64,000 bases of DNA from a virus, in the IMG/VR virus record IMGVR_UViG_3300009124_000001; one strand, 5' to 3'. The translations under genes and the position numbers were made by a program. The number at the start of each line of letters is the position of its first letter. The first letter of the stretch is position 1. The notes beneath the pieces were generated by a model. That model was not told where the DNA came from and searched no databases. It saw only the letters and a list, made by a program, of their open reading frames with translations. This document shows, one piece after another, positions 53,942-64,000 of the stretch.

Positions 53942-55302
53942 GGTTGGACGCCGATTCTATCGTTTAGTGGGGAACCTTTGGATGCTTTTGTTCTGAGAAC
54001 GAACTTAGTATCAGTTGTGAAATCATTGTGGAACTTGTTCTCCATCTTGAACTCAGGTAGACCGTTGGGACCGATCCTAAACTTGTAGTAAGAGACCTGT
54101 GCCATAAGAAAGTCTCTAACAAGTTCAAGATAGTTGAGACCATTGGTGCCAAGTTGACTGATCTTGGTAATAGCAACTGCCATCAGATAGGACAGTTGAT
54201 TGTATTTACCAAGGCGACCAGCGGTCAGGGTTGGATCACTGAGGAATCTTGGATTGCCTCTGATCCAACGATCGTACATAGAGTTCCAGGTTGCCATGTT
54301 CGCATCGATGGTTGCATCTGTGAAGTTCTCAGGCGTGGGGTTCTCTGGTATCAATGAACTTAGATTAGCAGGTAACTGGGACCGATAGGGCTGGGTCTGT
54401 GCCAGATATCTGATTGTCTCGTACTGGGTTTGAGCGACACCTTTGGTGATGTCCCCCAAGCGTCTCAGGACTTCATACTCTACCGTCCGCTTGAACTCCA
54501 TAATGAACCTATCTGATGGATTATCATCCACAAATGTCATCAAGTCCTGAGGTTTGATAACGTTAGTAGTAGAAGACATCACTTTCACTGAGAAAGGATA
54601 CTCTCTACCATCATCATCGTAAATAATAAAGTCAACAAGAGGATAGTTACCCTCTGTTGGCACAAATACTATTGCATTACTCTTGTTGAGTTCAGCAAAA
54701 CCCATGCTTGCAAGTTCTCTCTGTCCATGTTCAAGGACGCAAATGGGTGCTATCAACTCACTGAAATCTTTTTGTATATTATTAAGACTATCAAATGCAT
54801 CACTGTTAGCAAACAATTGATATGCTTGCAACAATTCTGCTCTATCTGCTCCACTATGACTATCACAGTAGTCAATCAGTTGAATGAGATAGTTCTTTAA
54901 TGGAATTGGTATATCTCTATCGCGGACTACCTCTCTAATCTTGGCGAGGTATGCACTATATCTCATTCTGGTGCCACCGATGCCAGGAAAGTCCTGCGGT
55001 TTCATTGACACTCGGACGCCACGGGTAGTTGCCTGAGGTTTCTTAACAGCAGAGATACTTATCCACCCCTGTATGGGGTCCTGAGCACGACTGTTCGGAT
55101 ACCACAAAACCTCCATTCTAGATGGAGGGTTACTCAGTCTCTTTGCGACGTAGTGAACGTCAGCATCTTTCGGTACATTGCCTAACTTCTGGTTGCTGGT
55201 TTCAGAAGAGTAAATAGGCGTTGCTCTATTAACTGTGCCATCGTGACCAGCAGCAAATACAGGGATATATCTCCCCCAAACGTCTTGGATTTTAGATGCC
55301 AC
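53938..55302 (-). CDS. hypothetical protein, possible SH3-like plus PD-(D/E)XK nuclease domains
   Basis: GWISISAV; PTEGNYPLVDF...FSVK. Confidence 0.55.
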   Translation of the reverse strand: MASKIQDVWGRYIPVFAAGHDGTVNRATPIYSSETSNQKLGNVPKDADVHYVAKRLSNPPSRMEVLWYPNSRAQDPIQGWISISAVKKPQATTRGVRVSMKPQDFPGIGGTRMRYSAYLAKIREVVRDRDIPIPLKNYLIQLIDYCDSHSGADRAELLQAYQLFANSDAFDSLNNIQKDFSELIAPICVLEHGQRELASMGFAELNKSNAIVFVPTEGNYPLVDFIIYDDDGREYPFSVKVMSSTTNVIKPQDLMTFVDDNPSDRFIMEFKRTVEYEVLRRLGDITKGVAQTQYETIRYLAQTQPYRSQLPANLSSLIPENPTPENFTDATIDANMATWNSMYDRWIRGNPRFLSDPTLTAGRLGKYNQLSYLMAVAITKISQLGTNGLNYLELVRDFLMAQVSYYKFRIGPNGLPEFKMENKFHNDFTTDTKFVLRTKASKGSPLNDRIGVQP

Positions 55303-55311
55303 AGTGGATCA

Positions 55312-55509
55312 TTAATCGTCGAGACTATTTAGGTAGTCTTTCTCATTTTGATAGGGAGTTTTCTTTTGTGTCCAGATCTCATACCCCTCTACGAGATCTG
55401 GAATTAACCACTGGTCCACCCTATAACAATACTTCCAGTTGACAGGTTGAACACAGTTCAGCACGACAACCATGAAGAATGCTTTCAGGTGGATCCAAAG
55501 ACTAAGCAT
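55312..55509 (-). CDS. conserved small hypothetical protein
   Basis: NCVQPVNWKYC...PYQNEK. Confidence 0.72.
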   Translation of the reverse strand: MLSLWIHLKAFFMVVVLNCVQPVNWKYCYRVDQWLIPDLVEGYEIWTQKKTPYQNEKDYLNSLDD

Positions 55510-55711
55510 CCTCTTTCTTTTTCTTATTGAATCCGAAAGGTTCGCCCTTATCTTCTAGGGCGAATCGTAGAGCAACAGTGCCCACTGCTTCCATGACTTT
55601 AAGGACATCCTCAGGTTTAGCATTCTCGCCAAGTTCTTTGGCAACGTACCAATACTTTGGCCAGAAAGATTCACCTGCTTTCTGATAGTCTTCAACTGTT
55701 AGGATTTTCAT
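55502..55711 (-). CDS. conserved small hypothetical protein
   Basis: TVEDYQKAGE.FWPKYWYVAKELGE. Confidence 0.78.
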   Translation of the reverse strand: MKILTVEDYQKAGESFWPKYWYVAKELGENAKPEDVLKVMEAVGTVALRFALEDKGEPFGFNKKKKEDA

Positions 55712-56418
55712 CAGATGTCACCTACCTTACGATTTTCAGATTCTTGAACAGAGAAACTGCCATCAGCATAGCGAGCAGCAAGTTTCAGAGAGTTGACGTA
55801 GATAACGTGATCGAAGGTCACGTCCAGAGCGTGACATGCCTGAGCAACATACCACATAACATCACCCAATTCCTTGACAAGGTGCTCCTTGTTGGCGTCA
55901 TTCCATGGTTTGCCTTGGAACTTCAACTTCTTGACGATCTCCATGAACTCACCACCCTCGGCACAGATGCCAGAGGCAGCAGTATCCAGACGTGCAATGT
56001 CACATCCTTCCTCTTTCAGTTCACGCAGACGCTCGATGTACTGGTCTTGCTTCTTGCTAGGATTGGAGCAAGTCTTGTCAGCAAATTCCAGATACTTATC
56101 AAGGTCAACACGGAAGCGATCAGGATCAGTCTTCTCAGCCTTCTTCTCCTCTTCCTTCTCTTTGATTTTGGAAGCGGTCACCCAGGCATTGAAACCTTTC
56201 TTGTTGATAAACTCTTCGGGAGTCTTAGGAGTATCTTCCTCCATGTCATCCAACTTGGTCTTCATCTCCTCTTCCAAGTCCTTGGCGGCATTGGAGAGTT
56301 TCTCTGCTGCTGCTGACGCTGCATCTTGCTGATCAAAATTTACATTGACACCAGCAGCAGGATCCACAGGGGGTTGCCCAGGATAATTGGTTGCTTCGGG
56401 GGTCTTTTTCTTAGTCAT
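55711..56418 (-). CDS. mazG: MazG nucleotide pyrophosphohydrolase
   Basis: AEGGEFMEIVKK..FQGK...ELGDVMWY. Confidence 0.92.
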   Translation of the reverse strand: MTKKKTPEATNYPGQPPVDPAAGVNVNFDQQDAASAAAEKLSNAAKDLEEEMKTKLDDMEEDTPKTPEEFINKKGFNAWVTASKIKEKEEEKKAEKTDPDRFRVDLDKYLEFADKTCSNPSKKQDQYIERLRELKEEGCDIARLDTAASGICAEGGEFMEIVKKLKFQGKPWNDANKEHLVKELGDVMWYVAQACHALDVTFDHVIYVNSLKLAARYADGSFSVQESENRKVGDI

Positions 56419-57794
56419 ACTTGCCAGGAATCAAATTTACTTTTGGTTTTCAGTTCGATGATCTCATCATCAGCATTACCCGTGTCAATCAGGTTGTCTT
56501 GGGCAGACTGATCACAATCATACAGTCTCATCTTTGCTCTGTCAATACCAATGATGAATCTCTTGTTCATCGTAGGATCGTTGTATCTATTCTTCAACTG
56601 CTTGACCATAATCTGACCCATGTTCTCCAAGTCTTCGGTAGAAATCAGGGCGACCATGAGGTCAGCAGTAGCAGGAAGACCAAATGACTCGCTAGTATCA
56701 GTAATCTCTACGTCAGAGTTACCATAACCAGAACGAGTGGTTTGTGTAGCGGACACGATAGGGACATCATGCTCACATGCAAGTCCCCTGAGTTCTTCTG
56801 CAATAGACTTGATATATGTGTACGAGTTGACAACAGCGTTCTTGTATCTAGAAGAGGCACAGATGTTCAGGTAGTCCACAAAGATAATATCAGGTGCAAA
56901 CCCACGCTTCATGCTCAGTTCATTCAAGAGAGACTTGAAGTGGTTGACATGAGCAGAAGCAGTAGGATACTCCTTGATCACCAGACGACCCTGAGTCTTT
57001 GTTATTAGGGCATCGACTTTGGATCTGAATTGGTTTTTCGTGAATAGTGGATCTGAGAGTTGTTTGATTGGGAGGTCCAGGAGGTTGGCGTCAATTCGTT
57101 CAGCAATCTTTTCCTCTGCCATTTCAAGTGTAATGTAGAGTACGTTGCGCCCTTGCAAGAGGCAGGCACTAGCCATATGGCACATGAATAGAGACTTCCC
57201 GACGCCCGTGCCAGCAAGAGCGATGTTGAGAGTCTTGCTAGGGAGACCACCTTTTGTAATTTTGTTGAAGTATTCAAGATCGAACGGGATTTTGTCTTCT
57301 TTCTTGTGGTAAAAATCATAGCGGTCATCGGCGTCTAGTAAGTAATCGTGTCCAACAGTATCATCAAAACATGTACCCAATGCCTCCGCCATGATATGCG
57401 GAATAGCATCTTTGGTGCGAGTCTTATCCTGCCCATCTGCAATCTTAATAGACTCCATCAGAGCAAGATAAATCGCACGTTCTTTGCACCACTTCTCAGT
57501 GGTGTCCATCAACCAGTCATCATTATATTGTGTCTGATCAATATTGTTATCAAGGAACTCTTCAACCTCCTTGATAATGTCAGCACTTAGATCCCGACGT
57601 TTCTCTATCTCAATTTTGATAGCAGTGGGTTCGGGTTGTGCATTATACTCAGTCACATAATCGTTGATATGTGTGAATATAATTTGATGAGGTCGGTAGT
57701 CGAAGTATTCATCTTTAAGAAAAGGTAACACTGATCTGAGATAGTTCTCTTCAATGATCAGTTTACTCAACACAATCTCTTCGATCTTTTGCAT
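56415..57794 (-). CDS. gp41: replicative helicase gp41
   Basis: LAGTGVGKS...VDYLNIC...SESFGLPATAD. Confidence 0.97.
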   Translation of the reverse strand: MQKIEEIVLSKLIIEENYLRSVLPFLKDEYFDYRPHQIIFTHINDYVTEYNAQPEPTAIKIEIEKRRDLSADIIKEVEEFLDNNIDQTQYNDDWLMDTTEKWCKERAIYLALMESIKIADGQDKTRTKDAIPHIMAEALGTCFDDTVGHDYLLDADDRYDFYHKKEDKIPFDLEYFNKITKGGLPSKTLNIALAGTGVGKSLFMCHMASACLLQGRNVLYITLEMAEEKIAERIDANLLDLPIKQLSDPLFTKNQFRSKVDALITKTQGRLVIKEYPTASAHVNHFKSLLNELSMKRGFAPDIIFVDYLNICASSRYKNAVVNSYTYIKSIAEELRGLACEHDVPIVSATQTTRSGYGNSDVEITDTSESFGLPATADLMVALISTEDLENMGQIMVKQLKNRYNDPTMNKRFIIGIDRAKMRLYDCDQSAQDNLIDTGNADDEIIELKTKSKFDSWQV

Positions 57795-58357
57795 TAAACG
57801 TAGTGTAGGTAAGTGCCGATAATATACTTGTCATTTGATACAGGGACAAGTCCTGCGTGTGGGTAAGTCCAAGTGGGTGGGAATAGTAAACACTTACCTC
57901 GTTCTGGTTTGATCTTTAAGTCCCTGTCGGGGAACTCAGTCTCACCACCTTCCTCCACATCATTGAGGTAGAAGAACAGTGCCAGGAATCTCCTTGCACT
58001 ATCATGGTTTCCAACATCAGCATGGAGATCAAAACGATCATCCTCGGATACACTATATTTTTTGATACGAACTTGCTCTAAGGTATTCTCGTAGGGCCAG
58101 TTGTCGCGACAATTAGTGTCAGTCATGTATCTTTCGGAGACTTCTTTGATTGCCTCAATCAATCGGTTATGGACCTTTGCCCATCCAGAAGAGAGGTTGT
58201 CCTGGGCATACTCAGTCACATTGAACTGACTAAACTGTGGACGACCTTGCCTTTCCCAACGCTCAAAGTCAGTGTCTCTACACAGTTCAAGAATGTTCTT
58301 GCACAGGTTATCGTCAAGAGCATTGTCGTATGTTCTAATGTAGAAATTAGGATCCAT
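57794..58357 (-). CDS. 2OG-Fe(II) oxygenase
   Basis: FDLHADV...[11 protein letters not shown]...[11 protein letters not shown]. Confidence 0.9.
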   Translation of the reverse strand: MDPNFYIRTYDNALDDNLCKNILELCRDTDFERWERQGRPQFSQFNVTEYAQDNLSSGWAKVHNRLIEAIKEVSERYMTDTNCRDNWPYENTLEQVRIKKYSVSEDDRFDLHADVGNHDSARRFLALFFYLNDVEEGGETEFPDRDLKIKPERGKCLLFPPTWTYPHAGLVPVSNDKYIIGTYLHYV

Positions 58358-59360
58358 AACTAAACTCCTGACGTGCTGCTTCTTCAAGTTGTGCCATCAC
58401 TTCCTCCGTGAAGTATTTCTCGGGATCAGCGAGAACAGACTTAGCAAAAACAGAAGATTCACCAATCTTCCAGCGAGTACCGATCCTGGCGAATACTCCG
58501 TACTTCTCACCCAATTCCAGAAGTCCGTAATACTTATCCAGTCCGCGTTCGTCATAGAATAGTCTCGTCTGAATCTTGGAATTTTCTTTGGTGAAGCGAG
58601 ACTTCTTGGTCTCACACTTGATAAGGTTGCCCACTACCTCAGTACCATCCTTCTCCTTGCTCTTGGACAGATACACAATAGTCGATGCAGCGTATTTAAG
58701 TCCACTACCACCGCCCATTTCTTTCATTGGCACATAGGACCCCACCACGTCATAGGTGTGGTTGGTGACAAGCAGAGGGATGTCTGCCTTACCCAGTTTC
58801 AAGGTCAGCACACGGAAGATAGACTTGACAACCTGAGCACGGGTCATATCACGAGTCTCTTTACCTGCCTCAGAGTCTTCAATCTCTTTGGTGGTAGAGA
58901 GCATACCGAGAGAGTCTAGCACAAACATCAGGGGTTTGCGATCTTCCTTGGGTTGTTTTAGATAGTTGTCAACAATCTTGATTGCTTGCTGACGGAACTC
59001 CTGCACAGTCACCACAGGCACAATGATCATACGATCAGAGGGGATGCCACGGGACTCAATCATGTCCTTAGAAATGGCAGATTCAGATTCAAAATAAATG
59101 CATCCAGCATCAGGATTGTTATTAAGGAAATTACGAACGACAGAGAGAGCAAAGAAAGTCTTCCCAGTGCTGCTCTCTCCTGCCAGGGCAGTAACTTTGT
59201 TGGAAGGAATCCCTCCAAAAAGGGAACCACTAACCACGGCATTGAACAAGTAAGACCCAGTATCAACGAAAGATGCAACGTCGCCAGCAGCAACCCCTTC
59301 GCTAACAATGCCAGCGTACTCATTTCCAATCTCTTTTACTACGTCTGTAAGGAAACTCAT
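58347..59360 (-). CDS. uvsX: RecA-like recombinase UvsX
   Basis: AGESSTGKT...DSLGML...[12 protein letters not shown]. Confidence 0.96.
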   Translation of the reverse strand: MSFLTDVVKEIGNEYAGIVSEGVAAGDVASFVDTGSYLFNAVVSGSLFGGIPSNKVTALAGESSTGKTFFALSVVRNFLNNNPDAGCIYFESESAISKDMIESRGIPSDRMIIVPVVTVQEFRQQAIKIVDNYLKQPKEDRKPLMFVLDSLGMLSTTKEIEDSEAGKETRDMTRAQVVKSIFRVLTLKLGKADIPLLVTNHTYDVVGSYVPMKEMGGGSGLKYAASTIVYLSKSKEKDGTEVVGNLIKCETKKSRFTKENSKIQTRLFYDERGLDKYYGLLELGEKYGVFARIGTRWKIGESSVFAKSVLADPEKYFTEEVMAQLEEAARQEFSYGS

Positions 59361-61861
59361 GCGAATAAAAACTCCAATGTGATACGTTTCTCAGGTGACC
59401 ACCCGATAGCGTCAAGGACAACCTTGACAGGTGACAGGAAACTCTTGTTGAATTGTTCATCATAATTGACCGACCCATGGATGTCAAACTCCTTGGGCAG
59501 GGTCTGGAAGAACGAGATAACGTTCTCGCCAATCTTGTTTGGTGTACGAAGATAGATGAACTTGATCTTCTCACCTTCTTGAATCATTGGATACTTGTGT
59601 TGCAGTTTCAACTTCTTTATGTTGTAGTTGTACATCAAGGATCCACGCACATGCATAGGACATCCTTTTGCATATATGCGTGATGGGTCAGAGAACTTAC
59701 CCAGGTTGTTACAACTGCGGGGGAATGCAATGTCTTCCAGGGGCAGACTCTCAAACTCACGACGGAACCTAGCAATGTACCCTTGAATGTCATCTTCGGT
59801 GCCATTCATGACAACTTTAAGTGCCTCTTTAATGGCACCACGGCAGGGAGCAGGTGTGGAGGACTTTACTGCTTCAATACCCATGATCTTCAACTTGGGT
59901 TTCTCGTAACGCACACCCTCACTGTCCCACACATTGAGAATGTATCGCTTCTTGGCAGTCCAGATACCACGGTCAGCAATGTTCTCACGCTTCATCTGCA
60001 TCTTTTGATCATATGCAGAAACGTACGTCGCAAGTTCCTGATATGCCGATTCGATAAATGGTTCCAACTTGTCCTGACAGATCTTGTCAAGTACGCCCAC
60101 AACTTCTGCTTTGTTGCCAGACTTAGCACCAAGAAATTTAGTAACGAGAGGTCCAAGATTAAGATAGATTGAGTCAGTGTCAGATGCAATGACATAATCC
60201 TCTTCCTCCGTTTGCAAAATCTTATTTAGGTATCCGTTGATTTTGTTTTCGATCCAACGAATCGAGACTTGACCCGAGAGAGTAATCGCCTCAGCATTCG
60301 CCAAGTTGTAATATCGGAAGTATTGGTTTCCAATGGCACCATAGGCAGAGTTGAGTTGGATCTTTCTTGCCATTTGGATGTTGTTATATCGGGACACATC
60401 CTTTTGAAGTGCCATGGTCTCAGATGCTTCCTTGGTATGTTCAAGACTCTGTTTCGCGGCCAGCATCTTCCGCTTGTAAATCTTTCGGTCATCGTAAATG
60501 CGTTGCATCATTTCAGGTAGGAACCCGTGGATGTCCTTACGATACTGAGCACCGTTAGCACACACGGCAAACTCCCCGTCAATCTTCACCTCGCGAGAGA
60601 GCAGTTTGTCAACAGTCACTGTGGGGTGACGCCTCTCCACCAGAGTCTCTGGGGAGATGTTGTACTGCATGATGAGGTGAGGATACAGGGAGTTAAGGTC
60701 AAAGGAAACTACCCAGTCATAACCTCCTGGGATAGGTTCCTTGACATAGGCACCAGCATACTGATCGTTTTTGCTGCTGCTGATCTTCGGGGGCACCACG
60801 ATGTTACGCTTTTTCAGATCGTTATAGATCAAGGTGTCCCACATGCGAACCTGAGAGTACACATCACTCAGGTTGACCTTAGCGTCATAGGCAAGTGTCA
60901 ATGCCAACTCGATGAGGCGCATCTTGTCTTCCAAACGGTCAACAAGTTCCACGTCAACGATGTTGTACTCAACAAACTTCTGCCAATCCTTCGTGTAGAA
61001 CTCTTTGAAGTTCTCATATTCACTGTGGTCAACCTTCTGTTGACCCAGTTCGACGTTTGCAATGTGATCGAGTCGATAAGATTCCTGTGCAGAGTATGTG
61101 AACTTCTTGTACAGGTCAAGGTAATCGAGGATAGCGACACCATTGATCTCGTAAGAGATATGCTTACGGTTATGAATCTCAATCTCACGTTCGAGCACAC
61201 GGTTCCACGGGGAGAGGGACTTCTTCCACTTCTCCCCTAGCACCCGTTCCAATCGACGACAGATGTACGGAATGTCATACAGGTTGCAGTTCCAACCCGT
61301 GATGATGTCAGGAGTGTTGTCGCACCACCAAGAATGGAAGTTCTCCAACATCTCCACTTCCGTCCAGAACACACGATATTCGGTGTCCTTTGGTGTAAAT
61401 TCCCTGGTGCCCCAAGTGATAGTTTCCTTGGTGCTGAGATTCTTGATTGTGATGCAAAGCATCTCCTCTTGACACGCTTCCACAGAGGGGAAACCGTTGT
61501 CACATCCCACTTCGATGTCGATCGTATAGATCTTCATCTTGTCCATTTCAAAGAGAATCTCTTTGGGGAACTTGTCAGCGATGAATTGATACACATACCT
61601 ATCGTATCCATGCACTTCGAGACCTTCAACCTTCTCGTATTGTTCAATGAACGAACGAGCCTCCCTAGCGCCGTCGAAACGCTTGGGGTGGGCATAGCGC
61701 CCATCAAGAGTCTTGAACTTGGAACTCTTGGATTGATCCCTAGGTACGAAGTACAACGTAGGACGACACTTTTCCCTGTACTGAACAGGTGCTCCGTTCT
61801 CATAACCCCGATAGAGGATATCGTCACCGAGCAGAAGTACGTCTGTGTAAAACTTCATCAA
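59357..61861 (-). CDS. gp43: family B DNA polymerase gp43
   Basis: [27 protein letters not shown]. Confidence 0.98.
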   Translation of the reverse strand: MMKFYTDVLLLGDDILYRGYENGAPVQYREKCRPTLYFVPRDQSKSSKFKTLDGRYAHPKRFDGAREARSFIEQYEKVEGLEVHGYDRYVYQFIADKFPKEILFEMDKMKIYTIDIEVGCDNGFPSVEACQEEMLCITIKNLSTKETITWGTREFTPKDTEYRVFWTEVEMLENFHSWWCDNTPDIITGWNCNLYDIPYICRRLERVLGEKWKKSLSPWNRVLEREIEIHNRKHISYEINGVAILDYLDLYKKFTYSAQESYRLDHIANVELGQQKVDHSEYENFKEFYTKDWQKFVEYNIVDVELVDRLEDKMRLIELALTLAYDAKVNLSDVYSQVRMWDTLIYNDLKKRNIVVPPKISSSKNDQYAGAYVKEPIPGGYDWVVSFDLNSLYPHLIMQYNISPETLVERRHPTVTVDKLLSREVKIDGEFAVCANGAQYRKDIHGFLPEMMQRIYDDRKIYKRKMLAAKQSLEHTKEASETMALQKDVSRYNNIQMARKIQLNSAYGAIGNQYFRYYNLANAEAITLSGQVSIRWIENKINGYLNKILQTEEEDYVIASDTDSIYLNLGPLVTKFLGAKSGNKAEVVGVLDKICQDKLEPFIESAYQELATYVSAYDQKMQMKRENIADRGIWTAKKRYILNVWDSEGVRYEKPKLKIMGIEAVKSSTPAPCRGAIKEALKVVMNGTEDDIQGYIARFRREFESLPLEDIAFPRSCNNLGKFSDPSRIYAKGCPMHVRGSLMYNYNIKKLKLQHKYPMIQEGEKIKFIYLRTPNKIGENVISFFQTLPKEFDIHGSVNYDEQFNKSFLSPVKVVLDAIGWSPEKRITLEFLFA

Positions 61862-62100
61862 CTAACCATCGATTTATACTTGTCTACCAAGTCGGCAGAC
61901 GGATCAAGTATAGTAAAGATGAGGTCGGAAGTCAAGAACAAATCTCGCTGGTCTGTGTGGAGGGGAAACTTGGTCAGTTCTCCATGTTCATGGACTCGGT
62001 AGCAACCCTCAATCAGAATCGACGGTTCCTCGTCCAGTTCCGTCATCTTCCCCATCAGGTACAGACTCGGATCGTTCTTCAACAACATCAATTTCAGCAT
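61858..62100 (-). CDS. hypothetical protein
   Basis: TELDEEPS motif; coupled to gp43. Confidence 0.72.
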   Translation of the reverse strand: MLKLMLLKNDPSLYLMGKMTELDEEPSILIEGCYRVHEHGELTKFPLHTDQRDLFLTSDLIFTILDPSADLVDKYKSMVS

Positions 62101-62422
62101 GGTTCGCGGTTAGTTCTTGGTACTGGTCTGCCATCGAATCGATGGGGGAGTATATAAAGGAGACAGATTGTATAGGAAGGAATACATGAGGTTCCTTAGA
62201 GAAAGGAACGAATGCTTCAAATTCCACATCCAACTGATCCAGAGTAGTTGGTTCGTCAGTATACGAAGGTTCTTCAAACAGACTCTGAGGTCTCTGAATC
62301 ACGAAAGTATAAGGGCGATCGAGTTTGTATGCGAGTGGAGGACCATCCTTACCCTCTCGCATCTCATAGACATCAGCGATTACGTCCTCGCCGTTTTGCA
62401 TTCTTACGATTCTTACGCTCAT
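62009..62422 (-). CDS. conserved hypothetical protein (Sm-like)
   Basis: IVRMQNGEDVIAD. Confidence 0.72.
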   Translation of the reverse strand: MSVRIVRMQNGEDVIADVYEMREGKDGPPLAYKLDRPYTFVIQRPQSLFEEPSYTDEPTTLDQLDVEFEAFVPFSKEPHVFLPIQSVSFIYSPIDSMADQYQELTANHAEIDVVEERSESVPDGEDDGTGRGTVDSD

Positions 62423-62615
62423 AATCTTTGTTCATTAGGTGTTCATAAGTGTACTTCACCATGTCGGTGAATGCACGCCGTGCGCTGACGTTCTTTTCGT
62501 CTGCGAGGATGTGGACATACTGCATAAACATATCCATCTCTTCGGGTGGAATGTCTAGCGTTAGTGTCTCACTTTTCTCTGTGTATGGTGGACACAGATT
62601 TACATACATGTTCAT
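62373..62615 (-). CDS. hypothetical protein
   Basis: ORF with GGAGG upstream. Confidence 0.65.
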   Translation of the reverse strand: MNMYVNLCPPYTEKSETLTLDIPPEEMDMFMQYVHILADEKNVSARRAFTDMVKYTYEHLMNKDYERKNRKNAKRRGRNR

Positions 62616-62629
62616 GGATCCCTCCAAAT

Positions 62630-62655
62630 AAAAAGAGACCCAGGGGGGTCTCTTT
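62630..62655 (-). terminator. rho-independent terminator
   Basis: AAAGAGACCC...GGGTCTCTTT hairpin followed by a T-tract. Confidence 0.7.
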
Positions 62656-62671
62656 ACTTGTGTACTATATA

Positions 62672-62863
62672 TCAGTCTCGGTTAACTATCCTTTCACAGG
62701 TCTTCATATTCTTTCGACAGAACGAGGTGACATAACTATCAACATCTACATCCATCATATAGTGTCCATGAAGGTGAATCCCTTGAATGAGACATAACGT
62801 ACCGACTAAGATCAAGTTAAATTGAGTCACTGGGTGACTCAGGACTTTCAGAATTGATTTCAT
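62672..62863 (-). CDS. small membrane protein
   Basis: HPVTQFNL..VG.L..I...H...HY.M..DVDSYV..FC. Confidence 0.7.
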   Translation of the reverse strand: MKSILKVLSHPVTQFNLILVGTLCLIQGIHLHGHYMMDVDVDSYVTSFCRKNMKTCERIVNRD

Positions 62864-63296
62864 AAACTTTCAGTTTCTGATGGTCTGGGATGATCTTTCG
62901 TAATTCTACCATGAGCATACCATTTTTGAAACTGACTGTGCCGACTTCCACATCATCAGACAGATTGAAACCTCTGGCGAAGGTACGGGTGGCTACCCCT
63001 CGGTGCATGTACTCCTCCTCACCTTTGTTCTTCGCCGCCTTAGACCTGACCAGGAGGACGTTGCTCTCCGTGCTTACTTCAATTTCGTCCTTACCCCAAC
63101 CAGCAAGTGCCATTTCGATCCTCCACTTGACCTCAGATTCTTTCACGAGGTTGTAAGGGGGATACGCTTCGTTGACTGATCCCATTCCATAGGAATGCAG
63201 TCGATAAAAAATGTCGTCCAGTCCGACGCTATAACGCTCAGCAGCGTCGATGATCGCACCAAGATCTTTGGTGCCAAACTTACGCAGTCCAGTCAT
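62817..63296 (-). CDS. hsp20: small heat-shock protein Hsp20 (IbpA-like)
   Basis: YPPYNL...EMALAG...HRGVA.R.F...NGML. Confidence 0.93.
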   Translation of the reverse strand: MTGLRKFGTKDLGAIIDAAERYSVGLDDIFYRLHSYGMGSVNEAYPPYNLVKESEVKWRIEMALAGWGKDEIEVSTESNVLLVRSKAAKNKGEEEYMHRGVATRTFARGFNLSDDVEVGTVSFKNGMLMVELRKIIPDHQKLKVYEINSESPESPSDSI

Positions 63297-63465
63297 TTTA
63301 GTTCTCCAATTAAGCGAGATTCGTTGTGTGGTCCCCGAAGGCAACCACTCTTATTTAGATATGATACCTCAAATTTTAGTAGTCGGTTGTCCGTATAAAA
63401 AGTTTCGGTTGTCCATAAAATGCAAGTAAAGATAAATAGGAGAGAACCTAAACTTAGAGGATGGA

Positions 63466-63918
63466 ATGAAAAAACTTCTACCCCTCGTAATGATTTTGAT
63501 GGCAACCCCTGCATACGCTGGTGGTCTTGTTACTAAACATGCATCTAGCGTTCAACTGACTGTTGATGCTGCTCGCTCTACTGCGGTAAGAATCGGTGGT
63601 AGTTATTCTGCCTCTGGTTCTAACATCACAGCAGGCACGATGGGTGGTGCTACCTCTGGTGCTGGCACATATACTGTCACCACATCTGGACAAGATTGGT
63701 CGTTGAGTGAAACATACAACGCAGCAGATAGTGTTCCTGCATCTGCTGTTAGCACAGGTGATGTTCCCAACTTCGGTAACCTTACCTCTTATGCTGCTGG
63801 TTCTGCTGGCACACTCGCAGGCACGATTGACAGAACTCATGCTATCACGCTGACTGCTGGTGGAGCAGGTTCATCTGCGACAGGACAGTTCGTTACCGAA
63901 ATCACGGTTATCGACTGA
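63466..63918 (+). CDS. secreted/structural protein
   Basis: Signal peptide, SSVQLTV, TAGGAGSSATGQFVTEI; late-type ATAAATA upstream. Confidence 0.75.
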   Translation: MKKLLPLVMILMATPAYAGGLVTKHASSVQLTVDAARSTAVRIGGSYSASGSNITAGTMGGATSGAGTYTVTTSGQDWSLSETYNAADSVPASAVSTGDVPNFGNLTSYAAGSAGTLAGTIDRTHAITLTAGGAGSSATGQFVTEITVID

Positions 63919-63929
63919 GACTATATATC

Positions 63930-64000
63930 ATGAAGAGATTATTTCTCGTGGCATTCTTAATGGGGACACCAGCAATGGCAGTCCCCGTTGTACCTAACTT
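63930..64000 (+). CDS. secreted protein, N-terminal part (runs off window)
   Basis: MKRLFLVAFLMGTPAMAVPVVPN. Confidence 0.65.
   Translation, partial: MKRLFLVAFLMGTPAMAVPVVPN

Noticed and set aside
43107-61861. Inteins or introns in nrdA, nrdB, gp41 or gp43
   Set aside because: All have normal lengths with no insertion or splice motifs

Overview
This 64 kb window is from a T4-like cyanomyovirus (Kyanoviridae-type), most likely infecting marine Synechococcus. Almost all genes are on the minus strand. It covers a baseplate/tail module (gp5, gp27-like, two large paralogous cell-wall-hydrolase proteins, gp51, gp26, gp54-like, gp2, gp4, gp48, gp53) and replication/nucleotide genes (gp32, gp33, exonuclease, phoH, thyX, rnh, nrdC, nrdA/B, gp61, mazG, gp41, uvsX, gp43). 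Auxiliary metabolic genes include psbA, psbD, two hli, petF, peroxiredoxin, talC, cp12, cpeT, hsp20 and six 2OG-Fe(II) oxygenases. There are four tRNAs (Asn, Thr, Val, Arg) and a PhotoRC-II-like psbA leader. The most striking element is at 42145-42719: a double glutamine (glnA-type) riboswitch whose two aptamers share one P3/E-loop. Its second P2 stem is formed by the start and stop codon regions of a complete 59-codon ORF looped out of the aptamer, and it sits upstream of a DUF4278 gene. All calls come from reading the sequence and recalling family motifs; no searches or folding computations were run.
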